Source: a virus. Taken from it: a DNA stretch of 64,000 bases. The DNA lies in IMG/VR virus record IMGVR_UViG_3300043446_005369, positions 1-64,000 of that record. One strand, 5' to 3'. A program made the translations under genes and the position numbers. Within the stretch, counting starts at the first letter, position 1. Every line of letters starts with the position of its first letter. This document shows, one piece after another, positions 26,595-34,755 of the stretch. The notes below the pieces were generated by a model. It was not told where the DNA came from. It saw only the letters and a list, made by a program, of their open reading frames with translations, and did not search any database.

Positions 26595-27455
26595 TCAACT
26601 TTCGAAATATTGATCATAAAGATCATACATTTCCTCCCAAGTAAAATCAGATAAATCATATCCTTCATAGATTAAATCATTTACCCAAAGTTCCACTTGT
26701 TCAGTTTTTGTTTTATTCTTAGGAAATCTCATTGTAGTTTGACGATATTTTCCAGTTACTCTTTTTGGTTTAGACCTTTTAGGGGCAGTAACTTTACCAA
26801 GTGGCTTACTTAATCTTCCTTTTGGAGTATCAAATAATGATCTCTGTCCAGATGCATCTTCGGAACCATACTTAGAGGGGGGCAATGCTCTCCCGGATGA
26901 TGACGGAGAAACTGAAGAATCTGACCTAGAGGATTTAGTTACTACTCCACCACTAGAAGCTCTTTCTTGACCAAGATTGGATAAGCGATATCTTCCTCGG
27001 GCTTCATGTTTTTTTCTATCAATCGCCCTATCTATAGACGCTGCAGCTTTATCCGCAGCACCAGCTCCTGCATCACCAATTTTAGTGAGAGTATCACCTA
27101 TTGCCCCCAATGCCCTACCAGCTTTAGATTTTCCAAATTTTTCAGTTGCCCGACTGTGCCTCTCTATACCTTTGAGAATTTGGCCAGCAATTACGTCTTG
27201 TAATCTAGCCTCATTTAATTTGTTTATACTGAAAATGTTATTAACTAAATCATCAAATTCTTCTACATTCAAATTCTCAATTATAATATCAATATGTTCG
27301 TCAGATAACCCCATTTCATAAAAATATTCCAGAGCTTGCTCCGGAATATCCTCAGGAAAGATCGTATTATTATACAAATGAGCGTATTCTCTCATTTCTG
27401 AGTCATACACCGCCTCATATAAGAGGCGGATATTTTGACAATCTTGACTATTCAT
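26595..27455 (-). CDS. Hypothetical protein with acidic N-terminus, basic Gly/Ser-rich middle and C-terminal EGY module
   Basis: 286 aa; LLYEAVY, LNEA, KGIERHS, EQVELWVNDLIYEGYDLSDFTWEEMY; ATAAATA at 27477-27483. Confidence 0.8.
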   Translation of the reverse strand: MNSQDCQNIRLLYEAVYDSEMREYAHLYNNTIFPEDIPEQALEYFYEMGLSDEHIDIIIENLNVEEFDDLVNNIFSINKLNEARLQDVIAGQILKGIERHSRATEKFGKSKAGRALGAIGDTLTKIGDAGAGAADKAAASIDRAIDRKKHEARGRYRLSNLGQERASSGGVVTKSSRSDSSVSPSSSGRALPPSKYGSEDASGQRSLFDTPKGRLSKPLGKVTAPKRSKPKRVTGKYRQTTMRFPKNKTKTEQVELWVNDLIYEGYDLSDFTWEEMYDLYDQYFES

Positions 27456-27482
27456 ATGAAAATTAATTTTTACTTATATTTA

Positions 27483-29663
27483 TTAAACAATGAGATTAAT
27501 AAATTCCGTAAGAATTTTTTTGTTTGTTTTTTTATTTTTTAGACTACTCATAAATGCATCTTTAATTTGCCTTTTAGATGCAGTATCCGAAACAACAAAA
27601 GATGTGTCTTGGAATAAAGAACTAGAAGCAATACCAAAATAAGTATGATATCCAGATGTGTCTTTAATTGAACAAGATTTATTATCTTTCCACTGCTTCA
27701 TATATTTTTTATATTCTTCTCTATTATCGGCATATCTATTAATAAAGTAAGATCCATCTCTAGAGCAAATAATTCTAAATCCAATAAAATTGGTATCAGG
27801 ATACATATCTCTTAAATTATTAAGAAATACTGAGGGTGTTTTATAATAATCTTCTGAAAATTTATAAGTATTACCAGTTTTTCGATTTCGAAGAAATGTA
27901 CTAGAAGAAACTTGATTATATCCATTACAAATATGCGTCCCATAAGGAGAAATTGAGTCGATAATATGATACTTAGGGGGAGAAGCATCCCCATCAGTTA
28001 ATATAATGCACTGAACCTTCTGTAGTTTATATTTACTCTTAAAAGTAGGAATAATTTCTTGTAATGCTATGATGGATTCATTCAAGGGGGTTCCTGATAA
28101 TCTAAGTTCAGAGGGAATGGGATAACTACTACCTACGTTATAAGCATAAGCTACCCTAAAAATATTTTTCATCATATTATTTAACGTATATGAATTCATT
28201 TGACTATTTAAAAAATTCATTAACGAAAATGTACGAGGAATTTCAACTAAACCATTCTTACTTTGATATGCAAATTTTTTGTTTCGAAGTGGATAATCAT
28301 GTGTAAATGCATATACTTCAAATGGAATAGAAACTTTCTTACAAAACCAAATAAGATTAAATAATTGCTTAATTGTGTCTAAAATTACGTTAGACATAGA
28401 TCCTGACCAATCTAAAATAAAAATCAATCCATGATTTTTACCATCAGGTAAAGTTGTAATTTTTTTAAACAAATCTTCATTGAATTTATATGTATGCAAT
28501 TTAGAACAATCTAAGATTCCAGTCCTAAAAGTTAATGCTCTAGAATAAGCATTAGCAGCTTTTTTCGATTCAAACTCTTTCACAAGAAAATTAACTTCCT
28601 TTTGGGAAGACTGTTTAAATTCTTTAAATTGCGCATCTGTTCTTTCGAACATTATGGAATCTGTTGTTTTCCAAGCAGAATCAAAAACTTTGTTTATTTC
28701 TTTACATGGAATAATAATTTGATCAATATCTAAAGTGGGCGTTTCCACATATACATTGTAGTTCAAACCTCTAGATACTAATTTTTGTATCGCTTGATTT
28801 AACTTGTCTACCGTTTTAACATCGTCGGTTGTAGATACCTGTGATCCAGTGCTACTTCCAGGACGAGATTCATTTGAGTTTTCCCCTGATTTTGATTTAT
28901 TCGAAGAATTAGTTACCTCGTTATTGTCCCCAATGTTTGAGTTCTCTTTATTGGTAGCCTCAGACGTTGATGATTCTCCACCCAGTTCTAATTGCTCTTT
29001 AGGTATTTCGGTATGCGTAGATTCTTTCCCAGCATTACTATTTTCTTGTGTATCTCCGGTGCAATTTCCAAAGACAATAGTATCTAAAGAAGTTGAATTT
29101 ACTTCTTCATGATTCTGTTTCTTATTGCAATACTCAAAAAGTATCTTAGATGCCTCTAAAACATCATCAAATGTTTCGCATTGTGCAATTAAATCTATGA
29201 TTGATTGTTCTTCAGAATTAAAATTTAATTGTAGGTGATTGCCAATTTTGAAATACAAATTTGCTCTATCTGCTAGACCATACTTGGTGATATCATTTTT
29301 ACTCAGTTCAAAGAAATCTTTTTCCGCCATTTCTTTATATCCAAGATAAAAAGTCTTAGATAAGCCCCCATATCGTCTCTTTACAAGTTTTTCAATTCTT
29401 GCATCTTCAACAATATTCACATATGAAAGGGGAATTTCATGGTCCTTACACCAATCGTCAGTAGGAGTGTACAATGCATGGGCAGCTTCATGACTCAATA
29501 GAAGATCATAAATTTCATTTGACGCCCTTTCCCACATTGGCAGCGTAAGAACCCTACTTTTTACGTCAAAACATGCGGTTTCTACGTATCGATGTTCCAC
29601 AATAATATCCTCAGTCGCCAAAAGACGTGCAAGCATTCCTTTAACTTCAAAGTTAATTCCCAT
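27483..29663 (-). CDS. CobT-like protein: N-terminal HExxH peptidase-like domain plus C-terminal vWA domain
   Basis: HEAAHALYT...NIVEDARIE; MIDAS DWSGS, SGTPL, ILTDG; near cobS. Confidence 0.85.
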   Translation of the reverse strand: MGINFEVKGMLARLLATEDIIVEHRYVETACFDVKSRVLTLPMWERASNEIYDLLLSHEAAHALYTPTDDWCKDHEIPLSYVNIVEDARIEKLVKRRYGGLSKTFYLGYKEMAEKDFFELSKNDITKYGLADRANLYFKIGNHLQLNFNSEEQSIIDLIAQCETFDDVLEASKILFEYCNKKQNHEEVNSTSLDTIVFGNCTGDTQENSNAGKESTHTEIPKEQLELGGESSTSEATNKENSNIGDNNEVTNSSNKSKSGENSNESRPGSSTGSQVSTTDDVKTVDKLNQAIQKLVSRGLNYNVYVETPTLDIDQIIIPCKEINKVFDSAWKTTDSIMFERTDAQFKEFKQSSQKEVNFLVKEFESKKAANAYSRALTFRTGILDCSKLHTYKFNEDLFKKITTLPDGKNHGLIFILDWSGSMSNVILDTIKQLFNLIWFCKKVSIPFEVYAFTHDYPLRNKKFAYQSKNGLVEIPRTFSLMNFLNSQMNSYTLNNMMKNIFRVAYAYNVGSSYPIPSELRLSGTPLNESIIALQEIIPTFKSKYKLQKVQCIILTDGDASPPKYHIIDSISPYGTHICNGYNQVSSSTFLRNRKTGNTYKFSEDYYKTPSVFLNNLRDMYPDTNFIGFRIICSRDGSYFINRYADNREEYKKYMKQWKDNKSCSIKDTSGYHTYFGIASSSLFQDTSFVVSDTASKRQIKDAFMSSLKNKKTNKKILTEFINLIV

Positions 29664-29695
29664 AAATCTGTGTGTGAAAGAATAGTATCATACAC

Positions 29696-29720
29696 AAAAA
29701 GAGGGCACATAGGCCCTCTT
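29696..29720 (-). terminator. Rho-independent terminator overlapping the promoter of the vWA gene
   Basis: AAGAGGGC-ctatgt-GCCCTCTT plus T tract. Confidence 0.8.
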
Positions 29721-29748
29721 GGTGGACGGTTTTTAAATTGGTTGAGTA

Positions 29749-31521
29749 TCAATTTGTAGATTTCAAAATTGAATACAACCACTCATCACTCATTGAATTG
29801 ATAATTTCATGTGCAGATTTTTCATCATTTGCATAACCTTCAGATAATAGAGAATACATAATATCTGAATAGAATTCCTCTTTAGCCAATTGAGTTGTAT
29901 ATTCACCACTCCCATATTTGAATGTTTTCTTACCAAATTCTCTATTTTTCCTAAATGCATCTTCAAAATCTTTTGCGGGACCAAGTGCGGCACCACCAAC
30001 AATCTTTGGGCCAACAATCTTTGAGCCAACATTCAAACGACTACGAATTGTGCCACTTGGATCTTTCGTATTATATACATCATATTTTTGCTGTTTTTTA
30101 TTCATTTGATCTGCACCAAGAATAGCACCTGCGCCAGCCACTGTTGCTGCGGCAGCACCTAAAGCTGGTTTTCTAGGAATTCCACCTTTCTTTGATGTTG
30201 CAGATTGAGATGCCAATCTTTCTAATGTTGGATTTCCACCTGAAGGACCAGTTGCCCTAAATGGAGCACGACCTCTTGAAGATGTATGACGATATGGAGA
30301 ATTTGGCTTAGTGCCCCCAAACGTAGGTTGTGTTATTCCACCAGAAGGTTTAGGTGTACCTTTAGGAGCTTTGGCTATATTCTGTGAATTGGATCTAGCC
30401 ATCGATTTGCCTGTCGTGCCCCCAAAAGTAGGTTGTGTTATTCCACCAGAAGGTCTAGGTGTACCTTTAGGCATCTTGGCTAAAGTTTGCGTATTAGATG
30501 ATGCCATTGATTTACCTACCGATCCAAATTCCGGTTGAGATATATTGCCAGAAGGTTTAGTGGCACCTTTAGGCATCTTGGCTAAAGATTGTGTATTAGA
30601 TGATGCCATTGACTTTCCTGCAGTATTTTTTGCTGCAGGAAGTAATCCTTTTGGTTCTGGTGATGGTTTTGGTAAAAATCTACCAGGAAGTGGACTAGAA
30701 GGACCTTCTCTCGGTAATCCATATTGTTTTGGCTTAGAGCCTTTCATAAATTGCATCCAAGGATCTGCAGCTGCTCCAGCTACTTTTCTAGCTGCAGGGG
30801 CGACTTTTTGACCAACATTTTTAACTGTACTTGCAATCGGCGCTGCAGCTCTAGATACCCCGGATATTGCTTTTGATACTGGCAATCCGGCCATTTGTGC
30901 TACCCCAAGCATAGTAGCTAAAATTGTAGGATCCGCAGCAGCTCTTTGCGCAATTTTCTGAGGACTAGGACCACCTGCAGCAGTATGTCTCTCCCATCCC
31001 TTTTGCACAAAAGATCCTCCACTGGAAGAAGCTCTCTTCTGGGCAAGCATATCTGCATACTTATTTGGAGCTTCTGGTGCAGGTGGTTTTCTTGCAGCTC
31101 TTGCTTGTTGAATTGCTCTAGTTTGAGTTGCTCTTGCTTGAGGATTTAGAATTTTACCTGTCTTTCCGAATCCACCAGGAGTATATCCTTTTTTGGCTAA
31201 AGTTTTTGCAGACATTCCTCTAACTGCGGGAGTCACCTTTTTAAGTACTCCGCCGGCAGCCTTTAATCCAGCTTTTATAAGTCCTGTACTTACTTCTGCA
31301 ATATAAGATTCATCTAACAATTGTTCTTGATTACAATATTCCAGAATATCATCAATAAATGTATCCGAAAGATCATTTTCAATAATCAGACTTGCGAAGT
31401 ACTCAGATTCTTCTACGTGTTCAAATATATTGAGTTCTTCACAAAAATTTACTATATCCCCGTAAAAACTACTTTCATCATAACAATATACATCTTGATA
31501 CGCTTCGTAAAGTGATTTCAT
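29749..31521 (-). CDS. Hypothetical protein with acidic termini (EGY module) and long basic Gly/Ala/Pro-rich repeat body
   Basis: 590 aa; MKSLYEAY...YIAE, KGWERH, VGPKIVG, YSLLSEGYANDEKSAHEIINSMSDEW; perfect late promoter upstream. Confidence 0.8.
   Translation of the reverse strand: MKSLYEAYQDVYCYDESSFYGDIVNFCEELNIFEHVEESEYFASLIIENDLSDTFIDDILEYCNQEQLLDESYIAEVSTGLIKAGLKAAGGVLKKVTPAVRGMSAKTLAKKGYTPGGFGKTGKILNPQARATQTRAIQQARAARKPPAPEAPNKYADMLAQKRASSSGGSFVQKGWERHTAAGGPSPQKIAQRAAADPTILATMLGVAQMAGLPVSKAISGVSRAAAPIASTVKNVGQKVAPAARKVAGAAADPWMQFMKGSKPKQYGLPREGPSSPLPGRFLPKPSPEPKGLLPAAKNTAGKSMASSNTQSLAKMPKGATKPSGNISQPEFGSVGKSMASSNTQTLAKMPKGTPRPSGGITQPTFGGTTGKSMARSNSQNIAKAPKGTPKPSGGITQPTFGGTKPNSPYRHTSSRGRAPFRATGPSGGNPTLERLASQSATSKKGGIPRKPALGAAAATVAGAGAILGADQMNKKQQKYDVYNTKDPSGTIRSRLNVGSKIVGPKIVGGAALGPAKDFEDAFRKNREFGKKTFKYGSGEYTTQLAKEEFYSDIMYSLLSEGYANDEKSAHEIINSMSDEWLYSILKSTN
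30312..30619. repeat. Coding tandem repeat, 3 imperfect copies of about 100 bp (33-34 aa)
   Basis: GKSMAxSNxQxxAKxPKGxxxPSGxIxQPxFG repeated three times in ORF 29749-31521. Confidence 0.9.
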
Positions 31522-31541
31522 CTTTAATATCTATTTTTAGA

Positions 31542-31549
31542 TATTTATA
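31542..31549 (-). promoter_or_regulatory. T4-type late promoter TATAAATA
   Basis: Perfect consensus 20 nt upstream of ATG at 31521, fused to terminator T tract. Confidence 0.85.
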
Positions 31550-31578
31550 AAAAAAGCACCCTTTTCGGAGTGCTTTTT
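31549..31578 (-). terminator. Rho-independent terminator after the gp46 operon
   Basis: AAAAAGCACTC-cgaaaa-GGGTGCTTTTT (one G-U pair). Confidence 0.8.
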
Positions 31579-31628
31579 CTTTAGTGCTTGTCGGCGTGCT
31601 TTTTCTTTAGTGCTTGTCGGCGTGCTTT
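31570..31628. repeat. 26-bp perfect tandem duplication
   Basis: gtgctttttctttagtgcttgtcggc at 31570 and 31596, then gtgcttt. Confidence 0.95.
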
Positions 31629-31706
31629 AGCTTGTCGAAGTGCTTGTGGTTTAAGTTTTCGTTTTTGTTCCTTTTTGGAATGTTTTTGCCAATTTGGAAG
31701 ATTCAT
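31581..31706 (-). CDS. Small highly basic protein (41 aa) overlapping the gp46 3' end
   Basis: MNLPNWQKHSKKEQKRKLKPQALRQAKARRQALKKKHADKH; resembles the small ORF that follows gp46 in cyanomyoviruses (from memory). Confidence 0.55.
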   Translation of the reverse strand: MNLPNWQKHSKKEQKRKLKPQALRQAKARRQALKKKHADKH

Positions 31707-33438
31707 CTGAATTTGTGGATTCTACTGAACTAATTATACGAGAAAATCCTTTGATCTTCTCAAACTGTATGACACTTCCAAATTTGTCATACAAGTCAGC
31801 TTTATGAGAAATAACAAAAATATTAGAATCTTTAATCACATACCGAATAATCTTCAGGAATTCATCCGTTCCAAAGCTATCAAGAGATCCGTCAAAAACC
31901 TCATCGAACAAAAGAATATTACAATTTGCTGAATTTTTAATTCTCGCCAATTCTCTCCAGGCAAATATAAGTGCAAGATTAATCTTTGCTCTTTCCCCTT
32001 CAGAAAAAGAAGAATAGGAAAAATCCTCATGTATAGGAGATTTAATTTTTTCATTAAACTCAGAATCTAATTCAAAGTTAATATAAAAATCCATCATTCG
32101 TAAATATCGATTCACTTGTTGATTAATGAAAGGAAGATACTTTTGAATAATTTTAGTTTTTACTCCATCATCTTTTAATAAAGAATTTATAAATTCATAA
32201 TATTTTATATTTTCTTTTTTTGTTAAAAGATCATCATATAACTCTTGAAGTTTTTGTTTAAAATTTTCTAACTTTTCATGTTCAATATTTCGATTTTTAA
32301 GTTGCTCGGTAATTTTTTGAATTTCTTTTTCAAAATCTCGGATCTGTCTTTGATTGGATGATATCCGAGTATTATTTTGAGAAATCTCATGATTTAATTT
32401 TGTAATTTCCTTTGAAAGATTTAAAAATTTTCCTTCTCTTTCTTGTTCGAGTTTTATTGTATCCTCAAGTTCTTTAAAACTTGTTTGAAGCTCTTTTGCT
32501 TTATTTTGTGAAGTTTCAATTCTATTTAATCTAAAATTTTCATCAATTTCTTGAGTGCATGTAGGGCATACCGAATTTTCTGTAAAAAATTTATATTCTT
32601 TTGTAATCGTTGTTACTTTTTGTGAAATTTTACCTTTTAAATTTAATAACTTAGAGAGTCTATTAGATGAATTCGAATATTCTTCTTGTTGTTGTATTAA
32701 TTTAAGAGATTCCGCTTCTAAACTCACATTATTAGAAAGATATTGGGAAACTTCTTGATCGAGTATTTTAATTTTGGAATAATTTAATTTTATATTTTCG
32801 TTTCCTCTATTTTCTATTTCTTCAATAAAGTTTTTTTGCATCTCAATTTTATCTTTGAGATTTTCTTTATTATTTTCAAGCAACTTAATTTGTTCACGCT
32901 CAAATCGAATTTTTTCTTTTACAAGTCCATTCATTGTGGAAAAAATTCGAATATCTAAAAGATCTTCTATAACTTCTCTTCGATTTGCAGCAGTAAGTTG
33001 CATAAACGGAACAAAATTACTGCTACCTAAAATTACAATTTGCGTAAAAGATTTATAGTTTAATTTTAAAATATTCTCTTCAAGCAATTTTTGATTAGCT
33101 TTATCATCAGATTCTCGATTTAATCGATTTCCATCTATCTCTATGTCAAATATGCTGGGTTTAATTCCTCTACGAACTAGATAATTTTTATTATTTACAG
33201 AAAAATCTATTTCTACTAAACAATCTTTTTCATTTGTACTATTAATTAGTTGATTTTTATTTACTTTTCTAAAACTTTTATTAAAAAGTACAAATGTCAA
33301 TGCATCCAAAAATGTCGATTTTCCTGATCCATTTACGCCTATAATTAAATTAGTATTGTGTTTTTGAAAATCTATTTCAGTGAACTGATTTCCTGTAGAA
33401 AGAAAGTTGCGATATCTAATTTTTTTAAATGTAATCAT
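31651..33438 (-). CDS. gp46: Recombination endonuclease subunit (Rad50/SbcC-like)
   Basis: RNFLSTGN, GVNGSGKST, Zn hook CPTC, FSEGE, LFDEVFD, VISH; likely start MITFKK. Confidence 0.96.
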   Translation of the reverse strand: MITFKKIRYRNFLSTGNQFTEIDFQKHNTNLIIGVNGSGKSTFLDALTFVLFNKSFRKVNKNQLINSTNEKDCLVEIDFSVNNKNYLVRRGIKPSIFDIEIDGNRLNRESDDKANQKLLEENILKLNYKSFTQIVILGSSNFVPFMQLTAANRREVIEDLLDIRIFSTMNGLVKEKIRFEREQIKLLENNKENLKDKIEMQKNFIEEIENRGNENIKLNYSKIKILDQEVSQYLSNNVSLEAESLKLIQQQEEYSNSSNRLSKLLNLKGKISQKVTTITKEYKFFTENSVCPTCTQEIDENFRLNRIETSQNKAKELQTSFKELEDTIKLEQEREGKFLNLSKEITKLNHEISQNNTRISSNQRQIRDFEKEIQKITEQLKNRNIEHEKLENFKQKLQELYDDLLTKKENIKYYEFINSLLKDDGVKTKIIQKYLPFINQQVNRYLRMMDFYINFELDSEFNEKIKSPIHEDFSYSSFSEGERAKINLALIFAWRELARIKNSANCNILLFDEVFDGSLDSFGTDEFLKIIRYVIKDSNIFVISHKADLYDKFGSVIQFEKIKGFSRIISSVESTNSDESSKLAKTFQKGTKTKT

Positions 33439-33439
33439 A

Positions 33440-33709
33440 TTAATTAATAACAATATTTTTAGGTGGTACTACAATATCATCTGGAGTAATTACAACATAA
33501 TTATAATTATTCATTTTACATGAATTTATAACTAATTCATCATCAACATCTACAACTTCCATTTCTATATTTTCCTGATCCTCTAGCATTAAAGCATAAC
33601 GGCTCGCATCATCTTCTTCTTCGAAAAGAAATAAAACTTTTTGGCCATATTGATTTTGTACTGCATATGCACCTTCTTCTTTTTTATCCTTCAATGCTAG
33701 TATAAACAT
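33440..33709 (-). CDS. Conserved hypothetical protein between gp47 and gp46
   Basis: MFILALKDKKEEGAYAV...FEEEDDASRYA...ITPDDIVVPP. Confidence 0.75.
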   Translation of the reverse strand: MFILALKDKKEEGAYAVQNQYGQKVLFLFEEEDDASRYALMLEDQENIEMEVVDVDDELVINSCKMNNYNYVVITPDDIVVPPKNIVIN

Positions 33710-34746
33710 TACTCCACTTCGCAAGACTGTTGATAAAGATCCTGAAAAAGATTTTTAATCGTATTTTTATTTAAATCAATTTCAGCATCGTCAATATATC
33801 TATTTAAGATTGAAAGTGTATTTTCTTCTTCATAAATTTCAAAATTTTCACTTTCTTGAATTTGGAAATTTTCAATAATTTTAAGTTCTTGAACTTTTGA
33901 ACTATAAAGTTTGTCTATAAATTTTTCAAAAGCTTTAGGATTTGTTTTTTTCTTAACGATAACCTTTACGATTTTATTTTCATACTCAGATGTATTGAGC
34001 ATTTGATGAGGAGTATCTTCGTAATAAAGAATATAAAAAAGTTTGTAAGGATTATTAACTGGAGTATGCTTTAGTGTTTCTGTATCAAAAATATGAAATC
34101 CTCTAGGATCATTCAAATCACTCCAATACATTTCATATGGATTTCCGAGATAATATATCTTACCATCATTTGAACGAGTGTGATAATGACCTGAATATAC
34201 TCTTTCAAATTTATCAAAAATAGATGGGCTTAATCCATGCTCATCCATTACCATATTATGATTTATTTTAAATCCCTGAAGTTCCAAATGACCCAATACA
34301 ACTTTTGCTTTTGTATTTTGAATTGCATTCATTGTTTGATTATAATTATTTTCACAAATCCAAGGAATTAATAATACATCTAAATTTTCAATTCGAGTTG
34401 TTGTTGGCGAATCATAAACTTTTATATTTGGATAATCCTTAAGTAAAAGAGAAGGAGAATTAATATCGGTAGAATTTCGAAGAAAAATATCATGATTACC
34501 AACAATCATATGAACATCATACTTAGAAAGCGGATCTAGTACAACTCTTCGAGTCCAATCTAGTCCCCAAAAATCAATACCTTTACGATTATCAAATGCA
34601 TCCCCCATATGAATAATTGTATCGATTCCTTCTTTTTCTAAAGTTGGAAAGAAAATATTTTTGTAAAAAAGTTCAAAATGATCATGCAAATGTCTTGATG
34701 ATTTTTTTGCCGACCAGTGAGTATCGCTGACCAAACCTATACGCAT
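33709..34746 (-). CDS. gp47: Recombination endonuclease subunit (Mre11/SbcD-like)
   Basis: Metallophosphoesterase motifs SDTH, MGDAFD, GNHD, GHLE, SGHYH. Confidence 0.96.
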   Translation of the reverse strand: MRIGLVSDTHWSAKKSSRHLHDHFELFYKNIFFPTLEKEGIDTIIHMGDAFDNRKGIDFWGLDWTRRVVLDPLSKYDVHMIVGNHDIFLRNSTDINSPSLLLKDYPNIKVYDSPTTTRIENLDVLLIPWICENNYNQTMNAIQNTKAKVVLGHLELQGFKINHNMVMDEHGLSPSIFDKFERVYSGHYHTRSNDGKIYYLGNPYEMYWSDLNDPRGFHIFDTETLKHTPVNNPYKLFYILYYEDTPHQMLNTSEYENKIVKVIVKKKTNPKAFEKFIDKLYSSKVQELKIIENFQIQESENFEIYEEENTLSILNRYIDDAEIDLNKNTIKNLFQDLYQQSCEVE

Positions 34747-34755
34747 AATATATCC

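Noticed and set aside
31570-31628. Possible mini-CRISPR or att site
   Set aside because: Two adjacent copies with no spacer and no integrase or cas gene in the window
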